NCBI GenBank assembly: GCA_045598325.1
Contig: JAZLLT010000050.1
Coordinates: forward strand, 493-64,492
Direction: 5' to 3'
Source: Clostridia bacterium
GTDB lineage: Bacteria; Bacillota; Clostridia; Christensenellales; Aristaeellaceae
DNA: 64,000 nucleotides
The notes under the pieces: model-generated
Databases searched by the model: none
What the model was told of the DNA's origin: nothing
The model's input: the letters and a program-made list of their open reading frames with translations, nothing else
Part shown: positions 1 through 8,901 of the stretch, piece by piece
Layout of the letters: every line of letters starts with the position of its first letter
Position numbering within the stretch: position 1 is the stretch's first letter
Position numbers and translations under genes: made by a program

Positions 1-39
1 CTCCGTATTCCCGGTATCAAGCATTTTGACAGTCAGCAT
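1..39 (-). CDS. 5' end of the next late gene, truncated by the window edge
   Basis: The ATG at 39..37 overlaps the TGA of the upstream ORF (ATGCTGA). It reads MLTVKMLDTGNTE... to the window edge. Confidence 0.3.
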   Translation of the reverse strand, partial: MLTVKMLDTGNTE

Positions 40-323
40 TTTTTCTTACCGCCTTTCTTGGGGGGAATCACGGCTTCCTGTGCTTCCATGACAGCGGGCA
101 ATTCCTCCGTCTCTGCTTCATAGTCCGTTTCCACGGGTTCAAAAGCGTATTCGGATTCTTTCTCCTGCTCTGCGCCGGGCGCGATTTCGTCTTTTTCAAC
201 GCGGATCGCGCCGCGCAGCGCAAGGCGGGCGACCATTTCTTCGGTCAGCACGCCATCGGGAATGATTTCACCCGGCGTATAGATGCACTTATCCGTGCGT
301 ACATAATGCAGAGCGACCTGCAT
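33..323 (-). CDS. hypothetical phage head-associated protein (acidic middle, Lys-rich C-terminus)
   Basis: ORF track 33..347. The preferred start is the ATG at 323, which overlaps the capsid stop (TAATG coupling). It lies directly after the major capsid gene. Confidence 0.6.
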   Translation of the reverse strand: MQVALHYVRTDKCIYTPGEIIPDGVLTEEMVARLALRGAIRVEKDEIAPGAEQEKESEYAFEPVETDYEAETEELPAVMEAQEAVIPPKKGGKKKC

Positions 324-1363
324 TACAGTACATTTGCCACGACCCACGCATCCACATTGAACGGAACGATAGTGGGGCAGGAAGTGAGGCGGTTCTTGAT
401 GGTATCGCTTTCGGAAGAGCCGATGCGCAGAGGCACTTCTTTCTTGATATAGGTCACATGCTTGGCGTCATTGCCATAGCCTTCGACCTGCGTGACGGGA
501 CCGTGCAGGCACTTGAGGACGCCCTTTCCGCCCATGATGACGGTGCCGCTCGGCAGGAACGGTTTCATCTGTCCGTCATCATCGAGATACTGACCCGCGA
601 AGGAGTACATCTCAACACCATCGGCGTTTCTGCCGATGAAGCGGACGCCCTGCCCGCGATACTTGGTGCGGATCTCGCCCATGTCGACATTCTTCATGTC
701 CATGGTTTTCATATACGCCTCGTCATGAATGAGTGCGTTGGCGGCGTCGGGAGCCATCACGACAATATCGACATCGCCCAGTCCGTTGTGAACGAGGTCA
801 TACATTGCCTGCATATCGTCATAGATCTTCGCGCCCGCCTGTCCCCATGCGGTAGCGGGAGCGTAGGCGTTGGTGAAACCATAGTCGGCTTTCTTTGTGG
901 TCTTGAGGCTGCGTCCCTCGTTGGTATACTCAAAGATGTCGAGTTTTCCGGTAAGCAGAACCTGCATTGCCATCCACTCACGGCGGCGCTGACAGGCGGC
1001 ACGCATCTCTTTGAGGTCGCGGGTGAGCATTTCCTTCTCGCGCTGCGCGGGGGTCTTTGCGCCAAGCACGGACTCACCGAAACTGCGTCCCATGATGTTG
1101 TTGAGTTCGATGATGCGCTCGGGAGCCATGCGGCAGAAGCCGATTTCACGGGTCTGGAAACCGCCGCGTGCCATGGGAACGCCGCCCTGACCGGGAGTTA
1201 CGAAGGGAGCCATCTGCTCCGCGCCTTTGCGGAAGTCATAGATAGCCTTGTCATCCTCCACGACACCCATATCCTTTACAAAGGTGTCGAACAGGAAAGT
1301 TTCGGGTGCGGGCATCAGTTCGATAGCCGCGAGTTGAGCGCGGGTAGAATAAATGTCAAGCAT
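323..1363 (-). CDS. major capsid protein, lambda gpE-like family
   Basis: ORF 323..1483 trimmed to the ATG at 1363 (MLDIYSTRAQLAAIE...), which is preceded by GAAAGGAGAA. Sequence character and position after a gpD-like gene fit the major capsid protein E family. Confidence 0.85.
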   Translation of the reverse strand: MLDIYSTRAQLAAIELMPAPETFLFDTFVKDMGVVEDDKAIYDFRKGAEQMAPFVTPGQGGVPMARGGFQTREIGFCRMAPERIIELNNIMGRSFGESVLGAKTPAQREKEMLTRDLKEMRAACQRRREWMAMQVLLTGKLDIFEYTNEGRSLKTTKKADYGFTNAYAPATAWGQAGAKIYDDMQAMYDLVHNGLGDVDIVVMAPDAANALIHDEAYMKTMDMKNVDMGEIRTKYRGQGVRFIGRNADGVEMYSFAGQYLDDDGQMKPFLPSGTVIMGGKGVLKCLHGPVTQVEGYGNDAKHVTYIKKEVPLRIGSSESDTIKNRLTSCPTIVPFNVDAWVVANVL

Positions 1364-1386
1364 TTTTCTGTTCTCCTTTCTTCCCG

Positions 1387-2013
1387 TTAAGCCCAAATGG
1401 CGTAAAGGGTAAGGTCTGCGTTGGCGGTATAGGAAGCCGCTGCCGCGTAGTCGGTGCCGGAGCCGTCCGCCTTGGTGTTCCACTTGCTGAACGCTTTGGT
1501 GGAGGGCGCGGTGAACTTGGTCACGCTGTTTGCAAGCACGGTATGGGTCGCGCCCTTTTCCTCGGTGGCGATGTAAGTTTCTTCGGTACCGTTGTTGCCC
1601 ATGTAGGTGATGCCGATGAGGAAGTTCTCGAAGGTCACGCCGTCCATCATGGGTTCGAGAGTGATGCCCAGTTTGCGCATCTGTACTTCGTGGGAAGCGG
1701 TGATGGTGCCGCCCGCGTTGAGGATGACCTTTCCGCGAATGAAGATACCCATGAGGTATGCCCTGCCGTTCTCTGCCACGATGGGATCGGCATCGGTATC
1801 CACATCCTCATCGATAACAGCCAACTGGTAGTTGCCGTCCAGTTGCGAAGTGGTGGCGGGTTCCCACATATTGCTCGCGCCGCGATACAGAAGTGCGCCG
1901 CGCTGAATCAGTCCCGCGCCCGGCTTGAGGGGCAGACCGACTGCGATTGCATCGGGGCTGTACAGCAGATTTTCCTGCTTGGATTCCCCGATAAGACCGA
2001 ACATATTGCTCAT
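1387..2013 (-). CDS. head decoration protein (gpD-like N-terminal part) fused to a C-terminal Listeria-Bacteroides-repeat (Flg_new-like) domain
   Basis: It lies between the protease and capsid genes, with AAGGAG upstream of the ATG. The C-terminus FSKWNTKADGSGTDY...LTLYAIWA matches the repeat signature. Confidence 0.75.
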   Translation of the reverse strand: MSNMFGLIGESKQENLLYSPDAIAVGLPLKPGAGLIQRGALLYRGASNMWEPATTSQLDGNYQLAVIDEDVDTDADPIVAENGRAYLMGIFIRGKVILNAGGTITASHEVQMRKLGITLEPMMDGVTFENFLIGITYMGNNGTEETYIATEEKGATHTVLANSVTKFTAPSTKAFSKWNTKADGSGTDYAAAASYTANADLTLYAIWA

Positions 2014-2027
2014 TGTTTGCTCCTTTC

Positions 2028-3137
2028 TCAGCGCATACCCGCGCTGTCGCCGTCCATTACGGCAGCCATAGCCGCCATTTCTTTGGCGTTCTTGGTGATC
2101 TCGTCCTCGTCACTTTCGTCCTCTGCCGCCATGCCCTTCACTTCGGCTGCGGGAGCGGTTTCGGTGACGCGGCTGTTGAGGTACGCGGCTTTTTTGTCGC
2201 GTTCAGCCTTGATGATTGCCTTGTGGAAGTCCATGGCACTCGTACCGTTCTCCTTCGCTTCGGCAGCCATCTGCTCGTAACCCGCCGGGGTCAGTTCATC
2301 AATCTCGTTGATGCGCTCTCTCTCGGCTTTCGCGCCTGCGCTCATGATACTGTTGTACAGTTCTTCATTGCCTTCGCGCAGGGCTTCTGCGGTGATGTCC
2401 TTATAGTTCATCTCCTGCTCCTCCTGTTCGGATTTTTTATTTTCAGCCGCATCCCCGGCGGTGTCCGGCTCTGCGTTACTGACGATGATGGTTTCGGGGA
2501 TATGCGCGTACATCATGCGCATCATCTCCATGTCGTTGTTGCCCGCGCAGGCGGCGGCGGGAGTGCCGTAAATCTCGTCTGCGAAGCCTGCCTCGACAGC
2601 CTGTTCAGCGGTATACCATGTCTCCGCGTCCATAAGGCTCTGCATTTCCTCAACTGTCTTACCCGTCTTATCCGCGTACATCTTCGCGCAGGAATCTGCC
2701 ATTGCTTTGAGATGTTCCGCCTCTTTCATGAGGTCGTTATAGTTGCCCCAAATTCCCGTCATTGGATTGTGGATCATGAACTCGCTGCCCTTTGCGATGG
2801 ACACTTTCTTGACGCCCTGTACGCAGCACAGCATAGTCGCCGCGCTCGCGCAAAGTCCCTCGATGTTCACATACACATCCATATCCTTTGCAGCGGCTTC
2901 AAGCATACTGCGCATTGCAACGGCTTGATATACATATCCGCCGGGACTGTTGATGCGGATGTTCAGTTTCTCCGCTCCGTCCGCTTTTGCCTTTTTGATA
3001 GCCTTGTCGAAGTCTGTGGCGGTCACATCGTTCTCGAACCACTTATAGTCACAGATTTCTCCGTAAACCATGATTTCCGCTTCGTTTGCGCCCTCCTCCA
3101 TCTTCATGTTGAAGGCAAGCCGGAACCCGTTATTCAT
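2028..3137 (-). CDS. ClpP-family prohead protease with C-terminal scaffold-like Ala/Glu/Lys-rich region
   Basis: Contains INSPGGYVYQAVAM...GLCASAATML, a Clp-protease-like core. The start was moved from 3161 to the ATG at 3137 (GGAGGA 8 nt upstream, overlapping the portal stop). Confidence 0.85.
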   Translation of the reverse strand: MNNGFRLAFNMKMEEGANEAEIMVYGEICDYKWFENDVTATDFDKAIKKAKADGAEKLNIRINSPGGYVYQAVAMRSMLEAAAKDMDVYVNIEGLCASAATMLCCVQGVKKVSIAKGSEFMIHNPMTGIWGNYNDLMKEAEHLKAMADSCAKMYADKTGKTVEEMQSLMDAETWYTAEQAVEAGFADEIYGTPAAACAGNNDMEMMRMMYAHIPETIIVSNAEPDTAGDAAENKKSEQEEQEMNYKDITAEALREGNEELYNSIMSAGAKAERERINEIDELTPAGYEQMAAEAKENGTSAMDFHKAIIKAERDKKAAYLNSRVTETAPAAEVKGMAAEDESDEDEITKNAKEMAAMAAVMDGDSAGMR

Positions 3138-4731
3138 TCTCGTTTTCCTCCATATCGTCATTCATCGCGGCGATTTCTTTCTTTCTTTGCCGCACATTCG
3201 CGCTCCAATCTGCGCCGTTGTACTCGCTTGCCTCCTGCTCGACTGTGCTGATGTTGAGTTGGATGCGCTTTTCTGCGGCGTTGATCTCTTTGAGCGGGTC
3301 TACATGACCTGCGGAAATGCCCGTCCACAGACATCTGCTCCACGCCTTGCGGATGGCGGGGTCATCGAAAAATCCCTGCGCTTCGATGCGTCCCTGCGCC
3401 ACGGCTTCAGAAAGCCACGCTTCGTAAATCGGCTGATTGAACTGGCGGTTGAAGCGGGTGCGGTAGATACGCACGGTTTTCCAAAAGTCGAGCAGCGCAC
3501 TTCGCGCCGCCGTATAGTTGCTGTCGTATTTGTGCGTCAGCACTTCCTTCGGGATCTCCATTGAAGCACCGATGACGGTCTGCAAAGTCGCCACAAAACT
3601 CTCAAAGGCTGTATTGCTCCGGATGGGGTTTACCTGCGTGATATGTTTTCCGGGTGGAAGGTCGTAGATCGCGCCCGGTGCCAGTTCGAGGTGCAGTTCG
3701 TCATCCGTCACCCGTTCGCTCTCATCGATGGCGTTCTCCATTCCCGCCTTGCCGTCATCACTTTCACTCTCGATAAACGCGGTCAGCATGGCGGACACCA
3801 CATTTGCCGCAAGTTCGCTTGTGATATAGCGGTCAAGTTGTTTGATTTGTTCCGTCTGCGCCGCAACAAAAGGAACTCCTCTCCTCTGTTCGGGACGCTC
3901 GAAAGTCATGATGTGCAGGATGTTGGGTTCGCCAGTTTCTCTGCCGAAAGCCTCGATGGTCGTCCAAACAAGTTCGCTGCTCGTCTCGCTCATGAGCGGA
4001 TGCCTGCTTGCGATGTGATAGCGCACGACCACGCCCTGCGCGTCCGTCTCCACGCCATCCACGATACGCCCGCCGTTGTCCAGTTCGCTCACATTGCTTT
4101 CGCCGTTGCTGTCGGGCGTGCTTACTCTGTCGGCTTCGATGAGCCGCAGGCAGGTTTGATAGGGCGTCAGCCCGTTTTCGCTCATTTGAAACAGAACGAA
4201 CACATCGCCGCTCATAAGCATATTGCGGAACGCCAATTCCTGTATCGTATAGAAGTCCTTGCTTTTTTCTGCGTCGCAGGCAACGCTCTCCGCCCAAAGT
4301 TCGAACTCGCGCAGCGTATTGCGCTCCCATTCATCGGCGGCATCATCGGATAGTCCCAAATACTCGCTGTCGATCTTGGGCTTGGGCTTTACGCCCCATC
4401 CTACCGTGTTCGTTGTGAGCGTGGTAATGCCGCTTCTCGCAAGTCCGCCGCCCGCGTATAAGTCTCTCGCCCTAATGCGCAGGGTACTGCCGTGCAGGTC
4501 TACATCGTCCTCCGCGCTCCCGCCGCCCGCGAGCCAACCGATGAGGCTGTTGAGCGTGGTAGACGCTCCGTGATTACCGTAGCCCGTTGACCCTCCGCTT
4601 GTGGCGGCGTCCTTCGGATTGTTCTTCGTGTATCCGTCCCGCTTTACGCGCTCATTGATTCTCTCGACTGCGCGTTTGGGATTGAATAAAAAAAGCATCC
4701 TTTCGGATGCTTTTACTTTTCCGTCTGCCAT
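3130..4731 (-). CDS. portal protein, lambda gpB family
   Basis: 533 aa, located between gpW-like and protease genes. Its sequence character matches lambda-family portals. Confidence 0.85.
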   Translation of the reverse strand: MADGKVKASERMLFLFNPKRAVERINERVKRDGYTKNNPKDAATSGGSTGYGNHGASTTLNSLIGWLAGGGSAEDDVDLHGSTLRIRARDLYAGGGLARSGITTLTTNTVGWGVKPKPKIDSEYLGLSDDAADEWERNTLREFELWAESVACDAEKSKDFYTIQELAFRNMLMSGDVFVLFQMSENGLTPYQTCLRLIEADRVSTPDSNGESNVSELDNGGRIVDGVETDAQGVVVRYHIASRHPLMSETSSELVWTTIEAFGRETGEPNILHIMTFERPEQRRGVPFVAAQTEQIKQLDRYITSELAANVVSAMLTAFIESESDDGKAGMENAIDESERVTDDELHLELAPGAIYDLPPGKHITQVNPIRSNTAFESFVATLQTVIGASMEIPKEVLTHKYDSNYTAARSALLDFWKTVRIYRTRFNRQFNQPIYEAWLSEAVAQGRIEAQGFFDDPAIRKAWSRCLWTGISAGHVDPLKEINAAEKRIQLNISTVEQEASEYNGADWSANVRQRKKEIAAMNDDMEENENE

Positions 4732-4745
4732 ATGATGCGCCTTTC

Positions 4746-4988
4746 TTACAGGTCCCGCGGTACGACCCGCGTTACTCTCGATGTGCGTGCCGCGCCCGAT
4801 TTGGCGTCAAGCACATTGCTCCAAAAGGTTACGCGCCTGCTGATCTCGTCAAGGTCGAGCGCGGTATACTCGCGTGTTCCGACCTTGTACGCTTTTGCCT
4901 GCCCCGTGGCAAGTGCGGTTTCGCAGGCTTTCCACAGGTCGAGCATCGTCCGCGCTTCCTCGTAGGTATATGCGTTTTCGATTGCCAT
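4746..4988 (-). CDS. head-tail joining protein, lambda gpW-like
   Basis: 80 aa, located between TerL and the portal as in lambda. AGGAGTGA RBS. MAIENAYTYEEARTMLDLWKACETAL... resembles the gpW family. Confidence 0.75.
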   Translation of the reverse strand: MAIENAYTYEEARTMLDLWKACETALATGQAKAYKVGTREYTALDLDEISRRVTFWSNVLDAKSGAARTSRVTRVVPRDL

Positions 4989-5000
4989 ACTGTCACTCCT

Positions 5001-6869
5001 TTATACCTTAATGCCCGCCGACACGATGTGCCGCTTATTCCGTTTTTCCGTATCCTGTTTGAGTATCGGTGTCGGCTCATCGTCGCCGCGCATGGCACGC
5101 TCATAAGCATCGAAATTCCAATGGAAATACTTATACGCGGCGCGGGCGTAATTGCGAAGGTCGAGCGGTTCGTTCCGCTCATGGAACTTAACCCATGTGA
5201 TAACGGTCTGTCCCTTGACCCTGTGGAACTCCTGCCTCTCGGAGATAAGCCCACGGAAGTATTCAAGGTCATATCCCCTGTTTTCGTCCTTTGGGAAGTG
5301 CATACATTTTTCGCTGTCGGCAGGCAGTCCGCTTTGATACATGATGGCTTCCTTCCCGCTGTCAACGCCGATGATAAAGCCTACAAGTCCTTTGCCCGAT
5401 TCCTTGCTGATGTTCTTCATAAGGCGCACATACGGCTTTCCTTCGCCGCCCTCGCCTTTGATTGCCCATATATGGCGGCTGCTCCGCTTGGCGCACTCCT
5501 TGTATACTTCGCTCGTAAAGTGACCGCCGCTGTCCACAAAGGTCGCCAGTATCCGTATCTGTACGCCGTTTCTGCGCGTAAAGCCTCTGTCGAGCAGATT
5601 ATCGACTTCCTCCCATACGCCGGGCGCGTCCGCTCTGCCGGGGATAACTCCGTATTCAATGCCCCAACTCTGTTCGTTTCTGTCCCATCCGACCACCTCG
5701 TATTCAAGTCGGTTGTCCTGCGTATCGATGCCCATGGTCAGTACAAGCACTTCATCCGGCACTTCTGCCGTATACCACTCGCGCCTGTCATACAGTTTTT
5801 CGGGCGTTTCGTTGTGTTCGTGCAGTTCCCATGACTCCCCAAGGTAAGTGTTATGAAATACTTTGAGCAGTTCCGGATCGTCTTTCGCCTGCAGAAATTT
5901 GAGCGCGATATTGCACCAGTCGCTCCATGGACTCATGAACGCGGACAGACGAAAACTTCTCACTCCGTTCTGTATCGCCTTGGGGTTATTGCTTACCCAC
6001 TTCGCGGGAAACCGCTTCACATCGTGTTCCGCGCTCTCACGCTTACAGATTGGGCATCTCCAACGCGCGTTTTTGACATGCCAGTTTGTCTGCCCGTCGT
6101 TGTCCTTGTATTCTTCCTTGTCAAACAGCACATCGTCAAAACGGATGAACGAATAGTTTCTGCAATGCGGACATTCCGTATGCCATTCTTCCTGCGTACC
6201 GTGCATATATGCTTTCTCGATTGGACTTTTGCCCTTGATGGTCGGTGTGCTGACCTTTACGATTTTGCGGTTATGACGGAAAGTCTCCGTTCGTCTCTCC
6301 GCCAGTTCCACGGGGTTGCCTTCCGTTCCCGCGCTTGCCGGATAGCGGTCTATTTCGTCAAGCAGTAAATAGCGTATGGGTTTACTTGCCAATTCGCTCG
6401 GACTGTTTGCGCCGATAATGGCAAGGCTTCCACCGGGGAAGGACTTCATGTTGATGGTGTTGCTGCTGTCCCTGCTCTTTGCCTCGAATATCTTATTGCG
6501 CAGGCGCGGGCAGGCTTCTATCATTGGCGCGATACGCCGCTTGCTGTAGTCTCTCGCGTTCTCATCCGTAGGCTGTACATAGAGCATCGGACCGGGGTCG
6601 ATGTCGATTGCCCGTCCCATCATGTTCAGTTCTATTTCGCTCTTGCCTACCTGCGCGGATGCCATCACAACGATTTCATATACGCCCGCTTGACAGAAAG
6701 CGTCCATGATTTCGCGCTGATAAGGTGCGCGGTCTGTGCGCCATTGTCCCGGCTCTGCCGATGCTTCGCTGACCAGTATGCGGTTTTCGTCCGCCCACTC
6801 GGAAACGGTCTGCTTGCGCGGCGGGCGGAACATCTCGTAGGTAGATCGCGCAAGTTCGTTAAGGTTCAT
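5001..6869 (-). CDS. terminase large subunit, GpA (lambda A) family
   Basis: 622 aa, with a zinc-finger pair CPHCRNY...CPICKRE typical of GpA-type terminases. GGGAGG RBS. It follows a Nu1-like small subunit. Confidence 0.9.
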   Translation of the reverse strand: MNLNELARSTYEMFRPPRKQTVSEWADENRILVSEASAEPGQWRTDRAPYQREIMDAFCQAGVYEIVVMASAQVGKSEIELNMMGRAIDIDPGPMLYVQPTDENARDYSKRRIAPMIEACPRLRNKIFEAKSRDSSNTINMKSFPGGSLAIIGANSPSELASKPIRYLLLDEIDRYPASAGTEGNPVELAERRTETFRHNRKIVKVSTPTIKGKSPIEKAYMHGTQEEWHTECPHCRNYSFIRFDDVLFDKEEYKDNDGQTNWHVKNARWRCPICKRESAEHDVKRFPAKWVSNNPKAIQNGVRSFRLSAFMSPWSDWCNIALKFLQAKDDPELLKVFHNTYLGESWELHEHNETPEKLYDRREWYTAEVPDEVLVLTMGIDTQDNRLEYEVVGWDRNEQSWGIEYGVIPGRADAPGVWEEVDNLLDRGFTRRNGVQIRILATFVDSGGHFTSEVYKECAKRSSRHIWAIKGEGGEGKPYVRLMKNISKESGKGLVGFIIGVDSGKEAIMYQSGLPADSEKCMHFPKDENRGYDLEYFRGLISERQEFHRVKGQTVITWVKFHERNEPLDLRNYARAAYKYFHWNFDAYERAMRGDDEPTPILKQDTEKRNKRHIVSAGIKV

Positions 6870-6879
6870 GCTGCCTCCC

Positions 6880-7383
6880 CTATTCTTCGCTATCCTCCTC
6901 GGATTCTTCTTTCGCGTAGACGGGCAGGGGCGTATCGCTGATTGCGGTCAACACATCACGCACTTCTTTTTCGATGATGCCCGCGATGATCTCCGTATTC
7001 TCCATCGCAACCACCTGCACCGCGATTTTCGCGGGCAGTCGGAGCATATTCTGTAATACCGTGTTTGCGATATTCGCCCATAGCCGCTTCACATCGTCTA
7101 CATCGACCAGTTCTCCCTCCATCTGCGCCACTTCCAGTTCCGTCTTTTTCATTTTGACGGCTTCGTGCTGCGCCTTGATGTCATCGAGAGACAGTCCGCT
7201 CGTATCGTCCTTGTTCACATTGTAATCGACCCAATGCTCCACAAATGCCTGTAAGTCATACTTCCCGTCTTTCGTTTCAACGAACAGTTTTTTGTCGGGC
7301 GGGAGCGTCTTGTCGATATTGTACAGTTGCCTATAGGAATACCCTGCGGCGTTTGCCAGTTCTTTCTTGGTAAGTGAAGTCAT
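6880..7383 (-). CDS. terminase small subunit, Nu1-like (N-terminal wHTH)
   Basis: 167 aa. N-terminal KKELANAAGYSYRQLYNI looks like an HTH, and the tail is acidic. It lies immediately upstream of TerL. Confidence 0.75.
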   Translation of the reverse strand: MTSLTKKELANAAGYSYRQLYNIDKTLPPDKKLFVETKDGKYDLQAFVEHWVDYNVNKDDTSGLSLDDIKAQHEAVKMKKTELEVAQMEGELVDVDDVKRLWANIANTVLQNMLRLPAKIAVQVVAMENTEIIAGIIEKEVRDVLTAISDTPLPVYAKEESEEDSEE

Positions 7384-8006
7384 ATCTGTTTACCGCTGAA
7401 CTCCAGTCCCGCATAGTGCATGAATCGTTGAAGCATACGCTGATTGATAGCGTCCACGACATCGTTCTCGGAACGGTTGGGCGGGAACTGTGGAGACGCA
7501 AGTGCCACTACGCGCACGATTGGAAGTCTTTTTTTCGTCTTTCTCGTATACACGACCCTTGTTTTCGGAGAACGAAAAGGCGGGTTTCCGCCTTGATTTT
7601 TCATAACGGGCGGCAGTTCCGATTGACCTGACCGCACAATACTTGCGCGGATGATCTGCCGCTTGCCCTTGACAGGTTTTCCCGTTCCTCCCGCCGCCTT
7701 GTACCTCACGCCGATGACGCCCTTCACGCCGTTGAGCGGTATGGAACAACTCACGGCGGCATTGCTTCCTGTTGTTGCCGCGTTTTGATGGACGGTATAG
7801 CCGCCGATGTCCGCTTTTACCGCTTTCTGTGTCGTGACATACTGCTTCTGCGTTTCTTTTCCGACAATGGTCTTTACATACTTTGCCGTATCGCTGACCG
7901 TGCGGAATATGACTTTTTGAAACCGCTTCGGGGAAAGTACGGATTCAAGTTCAACAAATCTCTGCGTCACATCGCTCACATCGATATATACGCCGTCATT
8001 CGTCAT
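7380..8006 (-). CDS. hypothetical phage protein, first gene of the late operon (weak resemblance to lambda gpZ / HK97 gp10-type tail-completion proteins)
   Basis: 208 aa. GGGGGAG RBS. Its stop overlaps the TerS start (ATGA). The functional guess rests only on a basic, Gly/Pro-rich middle region. Confidence 0.6.
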   Translation of the reverse strand: MTNDGVYIDVSDVTQRFVELESVLSPKRFQKVIFRTVSDTAKYVKTIVGKETQKQYVTTQKAVKADIGGYTVHQNAATTGSNAAVSCSIPLNGVKGVIGVRYKAAGGTGKPVKGKRQIIRASIVRSGQSELPPVMKNQGGNPPFRSPKTRVVYTRKTKKRLPIVRVVALASPQFPPNRSENDVVDAINQRMLQRFMHYAGLEFSGKQI

Positions 8007-8024
8007 ACTCTATACTCCCCCTTT

Positions 8025-8063
8025 CCATAACAAAAGGCAGTCCCGTCTTTCGGGGCTGCCTTT
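8025..8063 (-). terminator. intrinsic terminator between the late promoter and the first late gene
   Basis: Minus strand reads AAAGGCAGCCCCG-AAAGA-CGGGACTGCCTTT followed by TGTTAT. The stem is 13 bp with one G-U pair, and the U-rich tail ends about 20 nt before the ATG at 8006. Confidence 0.7.
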
Positions 8064-8082
8064 ATTCTTATCGTCATTTTAC

Positions 8083-8111
8083 ATTATAGCGGCGTCTTGC
8101 GTGACATTCAA
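8083..8111 (-). promoter_or_regulatory. near-consensus sigma-70-type promoter (candidate late promoter)
   Basis: Minus strand reads TTGAAT (8111..8106), a 17-nt spacer, then TATAAT (8088..8083). The -35 overlaps the stop codon of the regulator gene. Confidence 0.6.
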
Positions 8112-8566
8112 GCGTCCGCCTCGCTTTTCTGCGGCAGCATTGCGCGGGCATACCAGTTGACATCCGCCATGCTCTCTGCTTTTTCAATGGCTTCACGCGC
8201 CCATCTGTACTCTCTTTCGGTCATACACATACATTCCATAATATCGTGTTTGCTCCTGTTGAGTACATAGCGAAGCATCACGAAAGTCTGCATCCGCTCG
8301 ATAGGGATGGCGTTCACGATACTTTCCGCCTTGCGTATCTCGCGTGCGTACATCTTGAGTTTTTCCACATGGCTCATTTCGAGTTCGCTGATCTTGGCGA
8401 AGGTGTCATCCATCTGCCGCACTTTGTTTCCGCCACCTCCGGCAAAGGAAAGATGGCTCGTAATGCTCGTAAGTTGCTCCCGCTCGAATTGTGCCTTATC
8501 CTCACATATCCGCGCATCCTGCATATAAGCCGTCACATTGGACAGCACCTCTATATCCTTGTTCAT
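8108..8566 (-). CDS. phage late-gene transcription regulator, sigma-70 region-4-like (DUF1492-type)
   Basis: 152 aa. The pattern ...SFAGGGGNK...ISELE...VMLRYVLNRSKHDIMECMCMTEREYRWAREAIEKAE matches DUF1492/RinA-like regulators (from memory). It is the last early gene before the packaging genes. Confidence 0.65.
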   Translation of the reverse strand: MNKDIEVLSNVTAYMQDARICEDKAQFEREQLTSITSHLSFAGGGGNKVRQMDDTFAKISELEMSHVEKLKMYAREIRKAESIVNAIPIERMQTFVMLRYVLNRSKHDIMECMCMTEREYRWAREAIEKAESMADVNWYARAMLPQKSEADA

Positions 8567-8901
8567 CCCTCAAAAGCGCAAGCGTCTGCGCCTTTCACCT
8601 CCGTCCCGTCATCAAAATCTCCGCTCATAACGAAACTGTCAAATATGTTATCCCTCTCTACCTTCGGCAGTTTCATCCACATGATTATGTCATTTTCATG
8701 GTGCGTCACCCTTCCCGGATAGATAAAGCGCAATCCGTTAAAAGTCATAATGCACCAGTCGCCGCAAGGTTTATAGCATATGTTCTTCTCATATGAGCGG
8801 AAAACCAAATACTTGCCCTCGCTTTTCGGCATACCGTCCTTGCATACATAGTGCAGTTTCGCAGGAAATATCGCTCCGTTATTACATTTTATTTTGCACA
8901 T
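8563..8901 (-). CDS. hypothetical phage protein with DUF551-like motif (IMWMKLPKV)
   Basis: 112 aa ORF whose stop overlaps the regulator start. The WMKLP motif recurs in the ORF at 9862..10068. Confidence 0.6.
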   Translation of the reverse strand: MCKIKCNNGAIFPAKLHYVCKDGMPKSEGKYLVFRSYEKNICYKPCGDWCIMTFNGLRFIYPGRVTHHENDIIMWMKLPKVERDNIFDSFVMSGDFDDGTEVKGADACAFEG

